Of a DNA stretch of 64,000 bases, positions 20,010-29,666 are shown piece by piece. The stretch comes from Terriglobia bacterium (GTDB taxonomy: Bacteria > Acidobacteriota > Terriglobia > 2-12-FULL-54-10), in the NCBI GenBank assembly GCA_963666975.2, contig CAXVYR010000003.1, positions 384,001 to 448,000 of the forward strand. Reading direction: 5' to 3'. The notes beneath the pieces are model-generated. The model was not told where the DNA came from. It made no database searches and worked only from the letters and a program-made list of their open reading frames with translations. Positions within the stretch are counted from its first letter, which is position 1, and each line of letters opens with the position of its first letter. The translations under genes were made by a program, and so were the position numbers.

Positions 20010-21098
20010 ATGGGCAAGTATGTATCGTTAAAAGATTTCGATTGGTTATTGTTGGTTCTTCTGCTCCTCATATCCGCCCTGGGAGTGGTCGAGATCTACA
20101 GCACCACGGCACACACCAAGTTTGCCGGAGCCCACGTCAAGCAAATTTACTGGATTTTGCTGGGTGTGAGTCTTATGTTCCTGGTCTGTCGCTATGATTA
20201 CCATGACTTATTGAATCACATACCCCTGATTTATATTCTGACTCTCGTGGCCCTGGTAGCTCTGCTCCTCCTGGGCAGTGACATTTCCGGTGCGCGCCGC
20301 TGGATTCGGGTTGGCGGCTTCAGTTTTCAAGTGTCGGAAGCCGTGAAGTTGGTTATAATTTTGTTGTTGGCGCGCTTTTTTAGCGAATCACACGAAGAGA
20401 GAGTCTCCTTGCCTGAGTTAGCAATGGTGTTTCTGGCTGTAGGGGTTCCCGGGGTGCTTGTCGCCATGCAACCTGATTTGGGCACAGCGCTTACCCTGGT
20501 GCCCATTGTGATAGTTACTTTGTTTCTCGCGGGCTTAAAATGGCGTTATTTCGGGATGATGCTGCTGGCCGGACTGATGATCTTGCCGGTTGGCTTGCAT
20601 TATCTGAAGCCGTATCAGAAAGCCAGAATCGCCACCTTCATGCATCCGGAGCAAGATCCTCAAAAAGCTGGTTATCAGCTTCTTCAATCCAAAATCGCGG
20701 TTGGTTCCGGACAACTGTGGGGCAAGGGAACCGCCCAAGGGACGCAAACACAATTATGGTTTTTGCCTGAGTCGCACACCGACTTTATCTTCGCGGCTTA
20801 CGCAGAGGAGCAGGGTTTTTTTGGCGTGTTATTCGCTTTGCTCCTTTATCTGCTCGCGTTGATGCGTTTAGTTCACAACGCAAAAAATGCGCCCGATGCA
20901 GGGGGAATGTTCATCATTGGAGGGGTTGTCGCAGTTTTGAGTTTTCAGATTCTGGTGAACATCGGAATGGTGGTCGGCTATGCGCCGGTTACCGGGATTC
21001 CTCTGCCCCTGATGAGTTACGGCGGCTCCTCCGCCCTGTTTATCTTCCTGTCGATGGGATTGGTGAATAGCGTTCGAGTTCGCCGTTTTGTTAACTGA
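20010..21098 (+). CDS. rodA: SEDS peptidoglycan glycosyltransferase RodA
   Basis: GARRWI, QPDLGT, PESHTDFIF, TGIPLPLMSYGGS. Confidence 0.96.
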   Translation: MGKYVSLKDFDWLLLVLLLLISALGVVEIYSTTAHTKFAGAHVKQIYWILLGVSLMFLVCRYDYHDLLNHIPLIYILTLVALVALLLLGSDISGARRWIRVGGFSFQVSEAVKLVIILLLARFFSESHEERVSLPELAMVFLAVGVPGVLVAMQPDLGTALTLVPIVIVTLFLAGLKWRYFGMMLLAGLMILPVGLHYLKPYQKARIATFMHPEQDPQKAGYQLLQSKIAVGSGQLWGKGTAQGTQTQLWFLPESHTDFIFAAYAEEQGFFGVLFALLLYLLALMRLVHNAKNAPDAGGMFIIGGVVAVLSFQILVNIGMVVGYAPVTGIPLPLMSYGGSSALFIFLSMGLVNSVRVRRFVN

Positions 21099-21099
21099 A

Positions 21100-21768
21100 G
21101 AAAGGATTTGTTTCTGGAGTGGAGACTCCCGGTGGATGCCGGCTCCATTCCATCCAATGAAAGGTGCCCGCCCGGCAGTTGGAGACCTCGGGGGGAACGC
21201 CAAGCACTCTTGTGGGGAATGCCTGGTTTATTCCAGCGGCGTGGAATCAGTCCGCTGGCCAGGTTGTTGACCCCAGGCTGTTGACCCAAGGCGGAGTTTT
21301 CGAGGCGAAGGCTGAGGCGGATGAGGAGATGCCAGTGGGAATGAGACCGGGCATCCCTCGACAATTTTGAAGAAGTAAAAGAATTGCAGAACGCAAAACG
21401 AGATGCCGGAAGAGCCAGGGGTGGCTCTCAACAAGTTCGTTAGAGAATGGATAGGCTCCGGTCAAAGCCGGAAGCGGAGGACATCCTGCTCCCCCCAGGA
21501 AAAATGCCTGGGGAGACGAAACGCCCCTTTAGAAAAAGGGGAAGCAGCTTTTGCTGGATTGCATCCTTCGCATCGGCGAGTCCGTCCATGCCCCGGCCTA
21601 TTTTGAATAGGCGCGAAGGGGTTTTATCGCCGCAGTGGTGCGGCCCGTCCGGAGCAGTATTCTAAATCTAGTTTTGGCAAACCCCTGTTGGAACCTGTAG
21701 CTTGACCTGAGGTTCCTTGCATCTGCTTCCTCTCATCCCGCCTTCAGCGTCCTGCCCAAGGAGTTCTC
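21100..21768 (+). promoter_or_regulatory. Long structured leader upstream of rne (candidate cis-regulatory RNA)
   Basis: No credible ORF; many local hairpins; 21311-21332 is complementary to 21719-21748, next to the AAGGAG SD. Confidence 0.55.
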
Positions 21769-24342
21769 ATGTTAAAAGAGATGATTGTGGTTACTTCCAG
21801 CCACGAAACCAAGATTGCCATGCTGGAAGATGAGCAGGTCGCCGAGGTGTACTTTGAACGGCAAAAGGAGTACAGCTTGGCAGGCAGTATTTATAAAGGC
21901 AGGGTCATGCGTGTTCTGCCGGGCATGCAATCGGCCTTTGTCAACGTCGGATTAGACCGGGACGCCTTTCTGTATGTCTCTGACTTTTTTGAAGATTTGG
22001 AAGAATACGAGACGGTTGCTACAACTGAAGCGGAGGAGCCGATTGTCCGCCCAGTTGCGCAGGTGGAGGAGCAGACCCAGGGTATGTCCCCACAAGGTGT
22101 GTCCCCCCGAGATGTGGCCAATGCAGAACTCGGTGATGCATCCCGCTCAGAGTCCAGCGAGCGCATTCCACAGGCTGGGGTTGCAGCGCCGGTTGGAGAA
22201 GGCAAAGCTGAATCCAATAATGCGTCCAGGCCGACGGAGGAAGCTTCCGCCCGAAGTGCTCCCGAGGATGCAACCCAGGCGAAGGCCCACCACTCCGGCG
22301 GACGCTCCCGCCACTTCTCGCGGCGTTCCCGGCGACGCCCGCCCCGGAACAAAGGGTTTCCTGATTCCAAGTATGCCAGCCAGCCCGGTTCGGCCTCTCC
22401 GGCTGGCGATTCGCCCTCGATTCCCACTCCGACTATTTTGCCAGGTGAATCTCTGGCCAAGTATAAAGGCGTAGAAGATGCGCCAGGGTTGCCCCCGATT
22501 GAACAGAACAGCGGAGGTTCGACAGAAACTCTTACAGTACAAGAAGAAAGGCCGCAAGTTTCTTCCGACGCGTCTGCCGCCGAGATAGTCGCGCCCCCAA
22601 GCGACTTCTTGAAAGAGCCACAAGCCGGGCAGGAAAATCAGGCGATACTGTCTCCGCCCCAGGCTCCTGTAGATATTCAACCCGTGGAGAAAGCTCTCGA
22701 AGAAGAACGGATGGCGAATGAAACTCCCGCCCCGGAAATCCACTTGGCGGAAGAACCTGTTGCAGCAGAAGGTAACGAGGTGAAGCAGCAAGCCGATCAG
22801 AGCCTCGCCGCTGAACCCGATGGGATGGAAGAACCGCAAACGGAATCTGTTACTTCCCAGGCCAAAATGATTTCTGCAGAATCTGCTGTTGCTGAGCCCA
22901 ATGCTCCGGAGACTTCCGAAGAAGGCCATCCACTGCCGGTTGTTCCGAAAAGCGAGGAGGAGGAAGCAAGCAAGGAAGTGGAGGGAGGGGAAGAAGAGAC
23001 GCGGATGCCGCAGCAGGCTACCGTCCGCGAGGGGCAGCGGAATCCCCGCTATCAGCGAAGGTCCCGCTGGGGAGGGCGCAGGGAAGGCCGGGGCGGCACA
23101 GTCCGTAGCGGCGGCCGCGCGAAAGAACCGGAAACTCCCAAGCCCTTGATTGCCGATCTGCTCAAAGAAGGCCAGGAGATCATCGTACAGATTGCAAAGG
23201 AACCTCTCGGCAAAAAAGGAGCCCGAATTACTTCCCATATCGCTCTGCCCGGCCGGTACCTGGTTTTCATGCCGACGGTGAATCACGTGGGAATCTCCCG
23301 AAGAATTCCTTCCGAGCAGGAGCGGCAGCGGTTGAAGCGCATCATCCTGTCTAATAACCGAAACATTGCGGGCGGATTCATTGCCCGCACGGCGGCGGAA
23401 GGCCGCAGCGAAGAAGACTTGCGGCAAGACATCCTTTTCCTCTCCAACCTTTGGGCTGAGATCAAACTCCAGGCGGAGAAGTCGCCGGCTCCCGTTCTCC
23501 TGCATCACGATTGGAATCTTGTGCTGCGAACGCTGCGGGATCAACTCTCCGAGGAATTTTCCAAGATCTGGGTGGACAACGAGCAGGAATACGAGCGGAT
23601 CGTGAGCCTGGTCAGTAAATTCCAGCCTGCGCTGGTCAATCGTGTCAAACTCTACACGAAGGAAGTTCCCTTGTTCGAGGAACTCGGCATTCAGGAAGAG
23701 ATTAACAAAGCCCTCAAGCCGAAAGTTTGGCTGAAGTCCGGCGGCTATATTGTCATCAATCAGACAGAGGCTCTGGTGGCCATCGACGTGAACACCGGGA
23801 AATTTGTGGGCAAGTCGAACCGCCTGGAGGACACGATTGTTAAAACCAACGTGGAAGCTATCCAGGAGATCGTGCGGCAGATTCGTTTGCGGGATCTGGG
23901 CGGCATCATCGTGATTGATTTTATTGACATGGATGAGCGGAAAAACCGGCAGAAAGTAATGACAGCGCTCGAAGATGCTTTGAGGGCGGACAAGGCCCCC
24001 TCCAAGGTGTTGCCCTTCAACGAATTCGGCCTGGTTGCCATCACCCGCAAAAGAGTCCGGCAGTCGCTGGAACGAACGCTTTGCCAGCCGTGTCCGTATT
24101 GCAACAATTCCGGGCTGGTCAAATCTCCCGCGACGGTCTGCCATGAGATTCTCGCCGAGGCCAAGAAGCTGGCTTCGCAACTGGACCGCAAGCAGGTCAC
24201 CCTGCGGGTGAATCCGGAAGTTGCCAAGGTCCTGAAGTCGCGCGACAACAGCTTCCTGCAGGAGATCGAGGAACTCATCAACAAGGATGTCATCGTCCGG
24301 AATGATGCGTCTCTCCACATAGAAAACTTTGATTTTCACTAG
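21769..24342 (+). CDS. rne: Ribonuclease E/G with a large low-complexity insertion in the S1 domain
   Basis: IYKGRVMRVLPGMQSAFV, KEPLGKKGARIT, AIDVNTGK, GGIIVIDFIDM, CPYC Zn-link. Confidence 0.93.
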   Translation: MLKEMIVVTSSHETKIAMLEDEQVAEVYFERQKEYSLAGSIYKGRVMRVLPGMQSAFVNVGLDRDAFLYVSDFFEDLEEYETVATTEAEEPIVRPVAQVEEQTQGMSPQGVSPRDVANAELGDASRSESSERIPQAGVAAPVGEGKAESNNASRPTEEASARSAPEDATQAKAHHSGGRSRHFSRRSRRRPPRNKGFPDSKYASQPGSASPAGDSPSIPTPTILPGESLAKYKGVEDAPGLPPIEQNSGGSTETLTVQEERPQVSSDASAAEIVAPPSDFLKEPQAGQENQAILSPPQAPVDIQPVEKALEEERMANETPAPEIHLAEEPVAAEGNEVKQQADQSLAAEPDGMEEPQTESVTSQAKMISAESAVAEPNAPETSEEGHPLPVVPKSEEEEASKEVEGGEEETRMPQQATVREGQRNPRYQRRSRWGGRREGRGGTVRSGGRAKEPETPKPLIADLLKEGQEIIVQIAKEPLGKKGARITSHIALPGRYLVFMPTVNHVGISRRIPSEQERQRLKRIILSNNRNIAGGFIARTAAEGRSEEDLRQDILFLSNLWAEIKLQAEKSPAPVLLHHDWNLVLRTLRDQLSEEFSKIWVDNEQEYERIVSLVSKFQPALVNRVKLYTKEVPLFEELGIQEEINKALKPKVWLKSGGYIVINQTEALVAIDVNTGKFVGKSNRLEDTIVKTNVEAIQEIVRQIRLRDLGGIIVIDFIDMDERKNRQKVMTALEDALRADKAPSKVLPFNEFGLVAITRKRVRQSLERTLCQPCPYCNNSGLVKSPATVCHEILAEAKKLASQLDRKQVTLRVNPEVAKVLKSRDNSFLQEIEELINKDVIVRNDASLHIENFDFH

Positions 24343-24439
24343 ATTGGTTTTACGAATTGTGTATCCCGTCAGGGCCTGGTTTTAACCGTGCCTTGACGAG
24401 AGGGTAATATGGAATACGTAAATTTTGGAACAGGTCTAA

Positions 24440-24658
24440 CCGGTTGTTGAAAAACGCCATTTGTCCGCTCCCTCTCCCTCACGGCCCGCCACCCGATGGG
24501 CTCTGGACCGCAGGGCGGTCGCGGCTCGGAATGGGCGTGCTGATTGGGCTACACTTGCCGAGCCGCGCGCGCCTGTCCCGCCTGCCCTGAGCATGGCCGA
24601 AGGGAGCGAAACCGAGGGATTAGCAAGCGGACCCTTACACCAGTTTTTCAACAATCCC
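24440..24658. mobile_element. 219-bp composite MITE (shell B) with CTAA target duplication
   Basis: Ends CCGGTTGTTGAAAAA / TTTTTCAACAATCCC flanked by CTAA on both sides; contains the insert-bearing REP and CCCTTCGGCxxxGCTCAGGG units; related to 37577-37837. Confidence 0.8.
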
Positions 24659-24674
24659 CTAACAGGAATGAATG

Positions 24675-24923
24675 TCATCCCAGGCAGTGCTTGTCGCAGG
24701 TAACAGGCGCATTCGGGAACAGGGAGCACTCCTGCACGTCGGCCGCTTTCAGGCTGCCGAAGGATCCTTCGCGGCGTTGGAACCTCACACGGGCTGGAGC
24801 TTGTTTTTCAGGACAGAGCAGCGTGCGACGGAAAATTCGAGGGCCCCAGCGGCGGACGATTCCAAAGGCGATGCTCCACGTGATCGCAACCACAATCAGG
24901 GCGAAAACAATCGTGGTATCCAT
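24675..24923 (-). CDS. Small membrane-anchored Cys-rich hypothetical protein (82 aa)
   Basis: N-terminal TM helix then CPE...CSLFP...CDKHC; GGGGGAG SD. Confidence 0.7.
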   Translation of the reverse strand: MDTTIVFALIVVAITWSIAFGIVRRWGPRIFRRTLLCPEKQAPARVRFQRREGSFGSLKAADVQECSLFPNAPVTCDKHCLG

Positions 24924-25093
24924 AACGTTCTCCCCCTTTCTGGCCAAAGTACAGCTCTGTTTCCCCCGGACATTCATGGTCGACCTTTGCGAATCCGTTC
25001 ATGGTTTTACACAGGAGGGTTTTGCGCAGCTGGTTTCCAACGGAATCTTGAAAGAGTAAGATGGTTGGCGGGCGTTGAACTTGGCGGGAAGAA

Positions 25094-25756
25094 ATGGACA
25101 CTTGCATGATTTTCAGAAAATGCTGCTCCAAGTTCGATCCGCTGACGTTGCTGACCCTCATGACGATGGCGGTCGTGCCGGGTCCGCAAGCTGCACTGGC
25201 AGTCGCCCTTTTTCCTCCGGCGGAGCTGCAAGCGGAAGGGACCGCATCCGAAGCGCGGAGTTCTGAATCAAAGATAGAGATGGGAAAGACCAGTCAATCT
25301 GCTGGCCGGAAGATGTCCTTGCCGATGCACTTCACCGCAGCGGAAGGGGAAACGGTTGGAAGCATTCGCGCTGAGATCGTTGTGCCGGAAGGCCATTATG
25401 AATTCGACCGAGTGTTGCTTGCAAAAGATTCCCGCTTGAAGGTCTCGGCCAAGAAACGAAATGAAGAAAGCAAAGATGTCGAGGGGAAACGCACTCGGCA
25501 GACCGTGATCGAAACGACGTTTTCAGCCGGAAGCCGCGCGATCCGAAACGGCTTGATCGGTTTTCTGCAACTCGACGTTGCAAAACAGGGAAGGGCGGCG
25601 TCTTCGCGGATGATTTCCGGCATAACCATTCGGAAGATCGAAACCTCGCCGCCCGAACCGGAGCTTCTGGTGGGCGAGCCGTCCCAACGACCTTTTCCCA
25701 TGCCCCCCGATCCACCCGCCAGCCCGGCGGTTGGCTGCTTTTTCTTCACGCACTAA
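25094..25756 (+). CDS. Hypothetical exported protein, beta-rich, Pro-rich linker, ending in CFFFTH
   Basis: 220-aa ORF with hydrophobic N-terminus; no recognisable catalytic motif. Confidence 0.6.
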   Translation: MDTCMIFRKCCSKFDPLTLLTLMTMAVVPGPQAALAVALFPPAELQAEGTASEARSSESKIEMGKTSQSAGRKMSLPMHFTAAEGETVGSIRAEIVVPEGHYEFDRVLLAKDSRLKVSAKKRNEESKDVEGKRTRQTVIETTFSAGSRAIRNGLIGFLQLDVAKQGRAASSRMISGITIRKIETSPPEPELLVGEPSQRPFPMPPDPPASPAVGCFFFTH

Positions 25757-25769
25757 GCGCACGGCGATG

Positions 25770-25946
25770 TTAGCCGTGTCCGAGGAACATCAGCCAGGCC
25801 ATTCCGAAGCTCACCACCGCAAAGATTCCAAAGATCCAAAGGCCGTAAAGAAGCCGCTCGTGATTGGTGTCCCTGCTCGTGACGGCAAATACGACGGAAG
25901 TAAAGAGGGCGAACAGAAAAGCGGCGACGAAGTGCGAGATGCTCAT
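25770..25946 (-). CDS. 58-aa two-TM small membrane protein (not in the ORF track)
   Basis: Manual translation MSISHFVAAFLFALFTSVVFAVTSRDTNHERLLYGLWIFGIFAVVSFGMAWLMFLGHG; co-oriented with the upstream operon. Confidence 0.7.
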   Translation of the reverse strand: MSISHFVAAFLFALFTSVVFAVTSRDTNHERLLYGLWIFGIFAVVSFGMAWLMFLGHG

Positions 25947-25996
25947 CTTAAATTCAGGTTGTTATTGCCCCGCAGGGCGCAACACAGCGACGTTTG

Positions 25997-26401
25997 CTAA
26001 CTCTTTTTGCCGGTGGCGATGTCGTAGGCATCCAGCATGCAAAGGATGTTCAACAATCCAGCCACCAGCAGAAATTTGGTCCCGTAATCGGCCATGGGAG
26101 AGGGCATCACGTCCTGATGATATCCGAAGAACTTGGCGCCCAGGAACAGCAGGCCCGTGCCTAAATCGCCCAGGAAGCCAAGCGTTTCGACGAGATTCGA
26201 TGGTGTCAGAGCAAAGAAACGGCCTTGCATCGCCATGCCCAAAGCGAACATGGAACCCACCGAGAAAAGAAGCAGACCTCCGCGGCCCCATCGCCGCTGC
26301 CACAGGTGCCCTCCGCCGGGGATCAGCCATGCGGCCAGGACCGGTGCAACCGGCAGGTTGCCTGCGAGCGCATTACTGGTTGCCGCTTGTTTAGATGCCA
26401 T
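25997..26401 (-). CDS. Membrane protein, DUF6677-like
   Basis: LAAWLIPGGGH ... YGTKFLLVAGLLNILCMLDAYD. Confidence 0.75.
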   Translation of the reverse strand: MASKQAATSNALAGNLPVAPVLAAWLIPGGGHLWQRRWGRGGLLLFSVGSMFALGMAMQGRFFALTPSNLVETLGFLGDLGTGLLFLGAKFFGYHQDVMPSPMADYGTKFLLVAGLLNILCMLDAYDIATGKKS

Positions 26402-27599
26402 TGCTTGCTCCGGAAGCGTGGGACCGGGTTCTGATCCGAATCAACTCGTTCTGCACCGAGCCGGTGACGCGGGCTTCCCGCTCTCCAACAAATACATTCA
26501 CCTCGCTCCGCACGCCAAACTCGGGAAGGTAGATGCCGGGCTCGATGGAAAAAGCCGTCAGCGGAATAATCTCCCGTTCGTCCCGCGTCTCCAAATTGTC
26601 GATATTAGCACCGTTTCCATGAACCGTCTCGCCAATGGAATGGCCGGTGCGATGCAGGAAGCAATTACCATACCCGCTTTGCTCGATAAAGTCTCGCGCC
26701 ACGCGGTCAACTTCCCAGCCGCAGAGTTTCCGTCCCTGCCGAACGGCTGTCTGCACCGTCTCGACCGCCCTGTCCCTGGCTGTGCGCACGATGTCGAAAA
26801 TCTGCTGGATTTTCTCCGGCGGATCGTCGCCGAGAAAGCCGGTCCATGTCACGTCATAATATACGGACCCCGGCTTGTTTTGTTTGGCCCAGACGTCGAG
26901 CAGCACGAAATCACCCGCGCGAATCGGCGAGGGCCGCTCCCGGCTCACTGCGTGGTGCGGGTTGCCGGAGTTGTCGTTGACGGCGACGATGGGCGGGTCG
27001 CTGGTAATCAGGCCATTGTTTTTGAACTGCTCCAGGATAAAGTCCTGGATCACGGCTTCGTTCGTTTCGCCGTCCTCGCTCACTCTCTCGCCCATCGCTT
27101 CAAATGCTTCCGAGATAATTCTATCAATTCGCTTGCCCGCCTCCATGTGAGATTCGAGCGCCGCTGGTGTCCATCGCGCTTCAAACAATTGCACCAGATC
27201 GGCTGAGCTGACCACCTTTTTACCAAAGCTCCGGATCAGCTCCACCGTCCCCGCGTCCACCCTGGAGATGTAGGGGATTTGATTGTCGGGCGAGTATTGC
27301 ATCGCCAAGCTGCCGAACGGCGTGAGCATCTCTTGCAGGCGCTGGCGCTGCTCCTGCCATGCTGTGTAAAGCCGCTTCTCGCCGGGAAGAGAGTCCAGTT
27401 GCGCGCTCTCAATTCTGTGGACCAGCTTCAAAGGAGAACCCTGCGCGGGCACCAAGTAATACCACCGTCTGGTTGATATCGCCGTTTCGGGGAGGCCCAG
27501 CACGCGGCAGGCAATCGGGTCGCGGTGCTCAAAATCGTAAAACAGCCACGCCTCAATGCCACGTTCCCGAAGAGCTTGTTGAAGGAGTTCCAAATCCAT
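26391..27599 (-). CDS. M24-family metallopeptidase (Xaa-Pro aminopeptidase-like)
   Basis: GNPHH, LLDVWAK...YYDVT, HRTGHSIG, SIEPGIY, GVRSE. Confidence 0.92.
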   Translation of the reverse strand: MDLELLQQALRERGIEAWLFYDFEHRDPIACRVLGLPETAISTRRWYYLVPAQGSPLKLVHRIESAQLDSLPGEKRLYTAWQEQRQRLQEMLTPFGSLAMQYSPDNQIPYISRVDAGTVELIRSFGKKVVSSADLVQLFEARWTPAALESHMEAGKRIDRIISEAFEAMGERVSEDGETNEAVIQDFILEQFKNNGLITSDPPIVAVNDNSGNPHHAVSRERPSPIRAGDFVLLDVWAKQNKPGSVYYDVTWTGFLGDDPPEKIQQIFDIVRTARDRAVETVQTAVRQGRKLCGWEVDRVARDFIEQSGYGNCFLHRTGHSIGETVHGNGANIDNLETRDEREIIPLTAFSIEPGIYLPEFGVRSEVNVFVGEREARVTGSVQNELIRIRTRSHASGASNGI

Positions 27600-27713
27600 T
27601 GATCTGCTTCCGGGCAAGCAGTCGCCATTATGAAGCGCTATCTGCTCGTAATCTTACAGTATACACCAGCCCGTAAGATGAGAAGTCTGCACTGCGCCCG
27701 AGGACAACAATCC

Positions 27714-27794
27714 GAGCCGCGACCGTGAGGGAGCGGTTCCACAAGTTCGAGAATTCACCGTGCGGTTGGGACCGCTCCATTACTGTCGCGGCAC
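27714..27794. repeat. REP doublet without an evident outer shell
   Basis: GAGCCGCGACCGTGAGGGAGCGG...CCGCTCCATTACTGTCGCGGC; spacer nearly identical to that in 47258-47397. Confidence 0.8.
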
Positions 27795-27816
27795 AGATAC
27801 ACTCTTTAGATACACT

Positions 27817-28077
27817 CTAATGTCCCGCTGCAAATCGCAAAAACTCCGCTTCGGTGACCTCCTCCAGTTCCAGCAGTTTGTGCTGCGATTTTTTTCCCGA
27901 CAACAGTCGCACACGGGAGCGGGGGATTCCCAGGCCCCGCGCAAAAAACTCGATACAGGCTTGGTTGGCCTTGCCATCGACCGGCGGCGCAGTCAGTTGC
28001 AGCTTCCACTCATCTTGAAGCTGTCCGGCCAGCCGGTTCCGTTTTGCCCGAGGCTGCACGCGGATTTTTATCTTCAT
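27817..28077 (-). CDS. DUF167/YggU-family protein
   Basis: IRVQPRAK, APPVDGKAN, SGKKSQHK; follows yggS. Confidence 0.9.
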   Translation of the reverse strand: MKIKIRVQPRAKRNRLAGQLQDEWKLQLTAPPVDGKANQACIEFFARGLGIPRSRVRLLSGKKSQHKLLELEEVTEAEFLRFAAGH

Positions 28078-28083
28078 AACCGT

Positions 28084-28797
28084 TCAAGTCGGCGGGAATG
28101 GCTTGGTTGTTCTCGGTCCGAAGATAGCTGTGCCGACGCGCACGATGGTGGAGCCCTCCTCGATGGCGACCTCAAAATCATGAGTCATCCCCATGGAGAG
28201 TTCCCGCACATGCTGGAACCCGGCCTCTTGCAGGCGGTCCCGTAACTGGCGCAGGCGGCGAAAATAGGGCCGCGCCTTTTCCGGGTCGTCCGTGAAGGGA
28301 GGCATGGTCATCAATCCCTGCAACTCCAGCTTGTCCTGGGAGCTGATGAAGCCAGCCAGCCGCTCCACTTCCTGCTCCGTAACGCCGGTTTTAGCCTCCT
28401 CTTCACCCAGCTTCACCTCGATCAGCACTGGGAGTGTCTTGTTCGCCGCCGCCGCGGCGTCATTCAAGCGGCGCGCCAGCCGTTCGCTATCGACCGTCTG
28501 CACCCAGTCGAAGACCATTGCCGGCTGAACCTTGTTCGATTGCAGATGGCCGATAAAATGAAAAGTGGCTTCCGGCAGTTCCAGGTGAGGGAGTTTCTGT
28601 TGGAACTCCTGCACGCGATTTTCACCAAAATCGCGCAAGCCGCACTCGTAGGCTTTGATGATGCTCTCTGCCGGGAAAGTTTTCGTGACCGCCACGAGGC
28701 GAACCGATACGGATTTTCGCTCTGCACGAGAGGCGGCGCGAGCCATCCGCTCCAGCACCTGGGCGGCGTTCGTGGCGATGTCAACGGCAGAGGTCAC
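28084..28797 (-). CDS. yggS: PLP homeostasis protein YggS
   Basis: LVAVTKT, FGENRVQE, HFIGHLQSNK, LSMGMTHDFEVAIEEGSTIVRVGTAIFG; GTG start inferred. Confidence 0.95.
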   Translation of the reverse strand: MTSAVDIATNAAQVLERMARAASRAERKSVSVRLVAVTKTFPAESIIKAYECGLRDFGENRVQEFQQKLPHLELPEATFHFIGHLQSNKVQPAMVFDWVQTVDSERLARRLNDAAAAANKTLPVLIEVKLGEEEAKTGVTEQEVERLAGFISSQDKLELQGLMTMPPFTDDPEKARPYFRRLRQLRDRLQEAGFQHVRELSMGMTHDFEVAIEEGSTIVRVGTAIFGPRTTKPFPPT

Positions 28798-28982
28798 AGA
28801 AGAGCCTTTCCATAAAGATTCTAACATGCTGGCCGGGAGGTGCTCAGGAACGGCCCTGCGCGAGTGCGACAGTCCACTAGAGAAGTACAGAGAAATGCAG
28901 AAATGCGAAGATGCAGAAATGCTATGATACTCTGCAATTCCCAACGAGAGCCAACCCCTGGAAGCGTCCCCGGAAGCGTCTA

Positions 28983-29666
28983 ATGAAGCATTCAGGAAAA
29001 TTTATCACCTTGGAAGGGCTGGACGGTTGCGGCAAGAGCACGCAACTGGAACGGGAAGCCTCGCGCCTCCGGCAGGAGGGTTGTGCTGTTGTGACAACTC
29101 AAGAGCCGGGCGGAACGGCCACGGGCCGGAAAATCCGCGAAATTGTCCTCCATGCCAGCGCACACCCGCTTTCGGCCTCAACCGAGCTGGCCTTGATGTT
29201 CGCCGCGCGCTCCCAGCATATCGAAGAGATCATCTTGCCGGCGCTCCATGCAGAGAATATCGTCCTTTGCGACCGTTTCACGGACTCCTCGGTTGCCTAT
29301 CAGGGTTATGGACGGGGGATACCGCCGGATGCGATCCAAACCCTGGAGGATTTGTTCTGCCACGGCCTCCGTCCGGATTTAACGATCATTCTGGATATTG
29401 ACCCGGAAACAGGAATGACCCGCGCGCGGGCGCGCAATCGAGCGGCGCAGGAGAAAGAAACCCGCTTCGAGGAGGAAGGGTTGGAATTTTTCCGGCGTGT
29501 GCGGAAGGGTTATGAAGAAATCGCCAGGCAGGAGCCGAAAAGGATACAGATCATCGACGGGAAGGGCAGCGTAGACGATGTTCACCATGAAGTTCACAAT
29601 CATGTCCGCAAGGTCGTCGATGAGTTGCTGAAGGCTGGCGGCAGCGGAGGCGCAGGTGGGATTTGA
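28983..29666 (+). CDS. tmk: Thymidylate kinase
   Basis: FITLEGLDGCGKSTQ, EPGGT, CDRFTDSSVAYQG. Confidence 0.96.
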   Translation: MKHSGKFITLEGLDGCGKSTQLEREASRLRQEGCAVVTTQEPGGTATGRKIREIVLHASAHPLSASTELALMFAARSQHIEEIILPALHAENIVLCDRFTDSSVAYQGYGRGIPPDAIQTLEDLFCHGLRPDLTIILDIDPETGMTRARARNRAAQEKETRFEEEGLEFFRRVRKGYEEIARQEPKRIQIIDGKGSVDDVHHEVHNHVRKVVDELLKAGGSGGAGGI

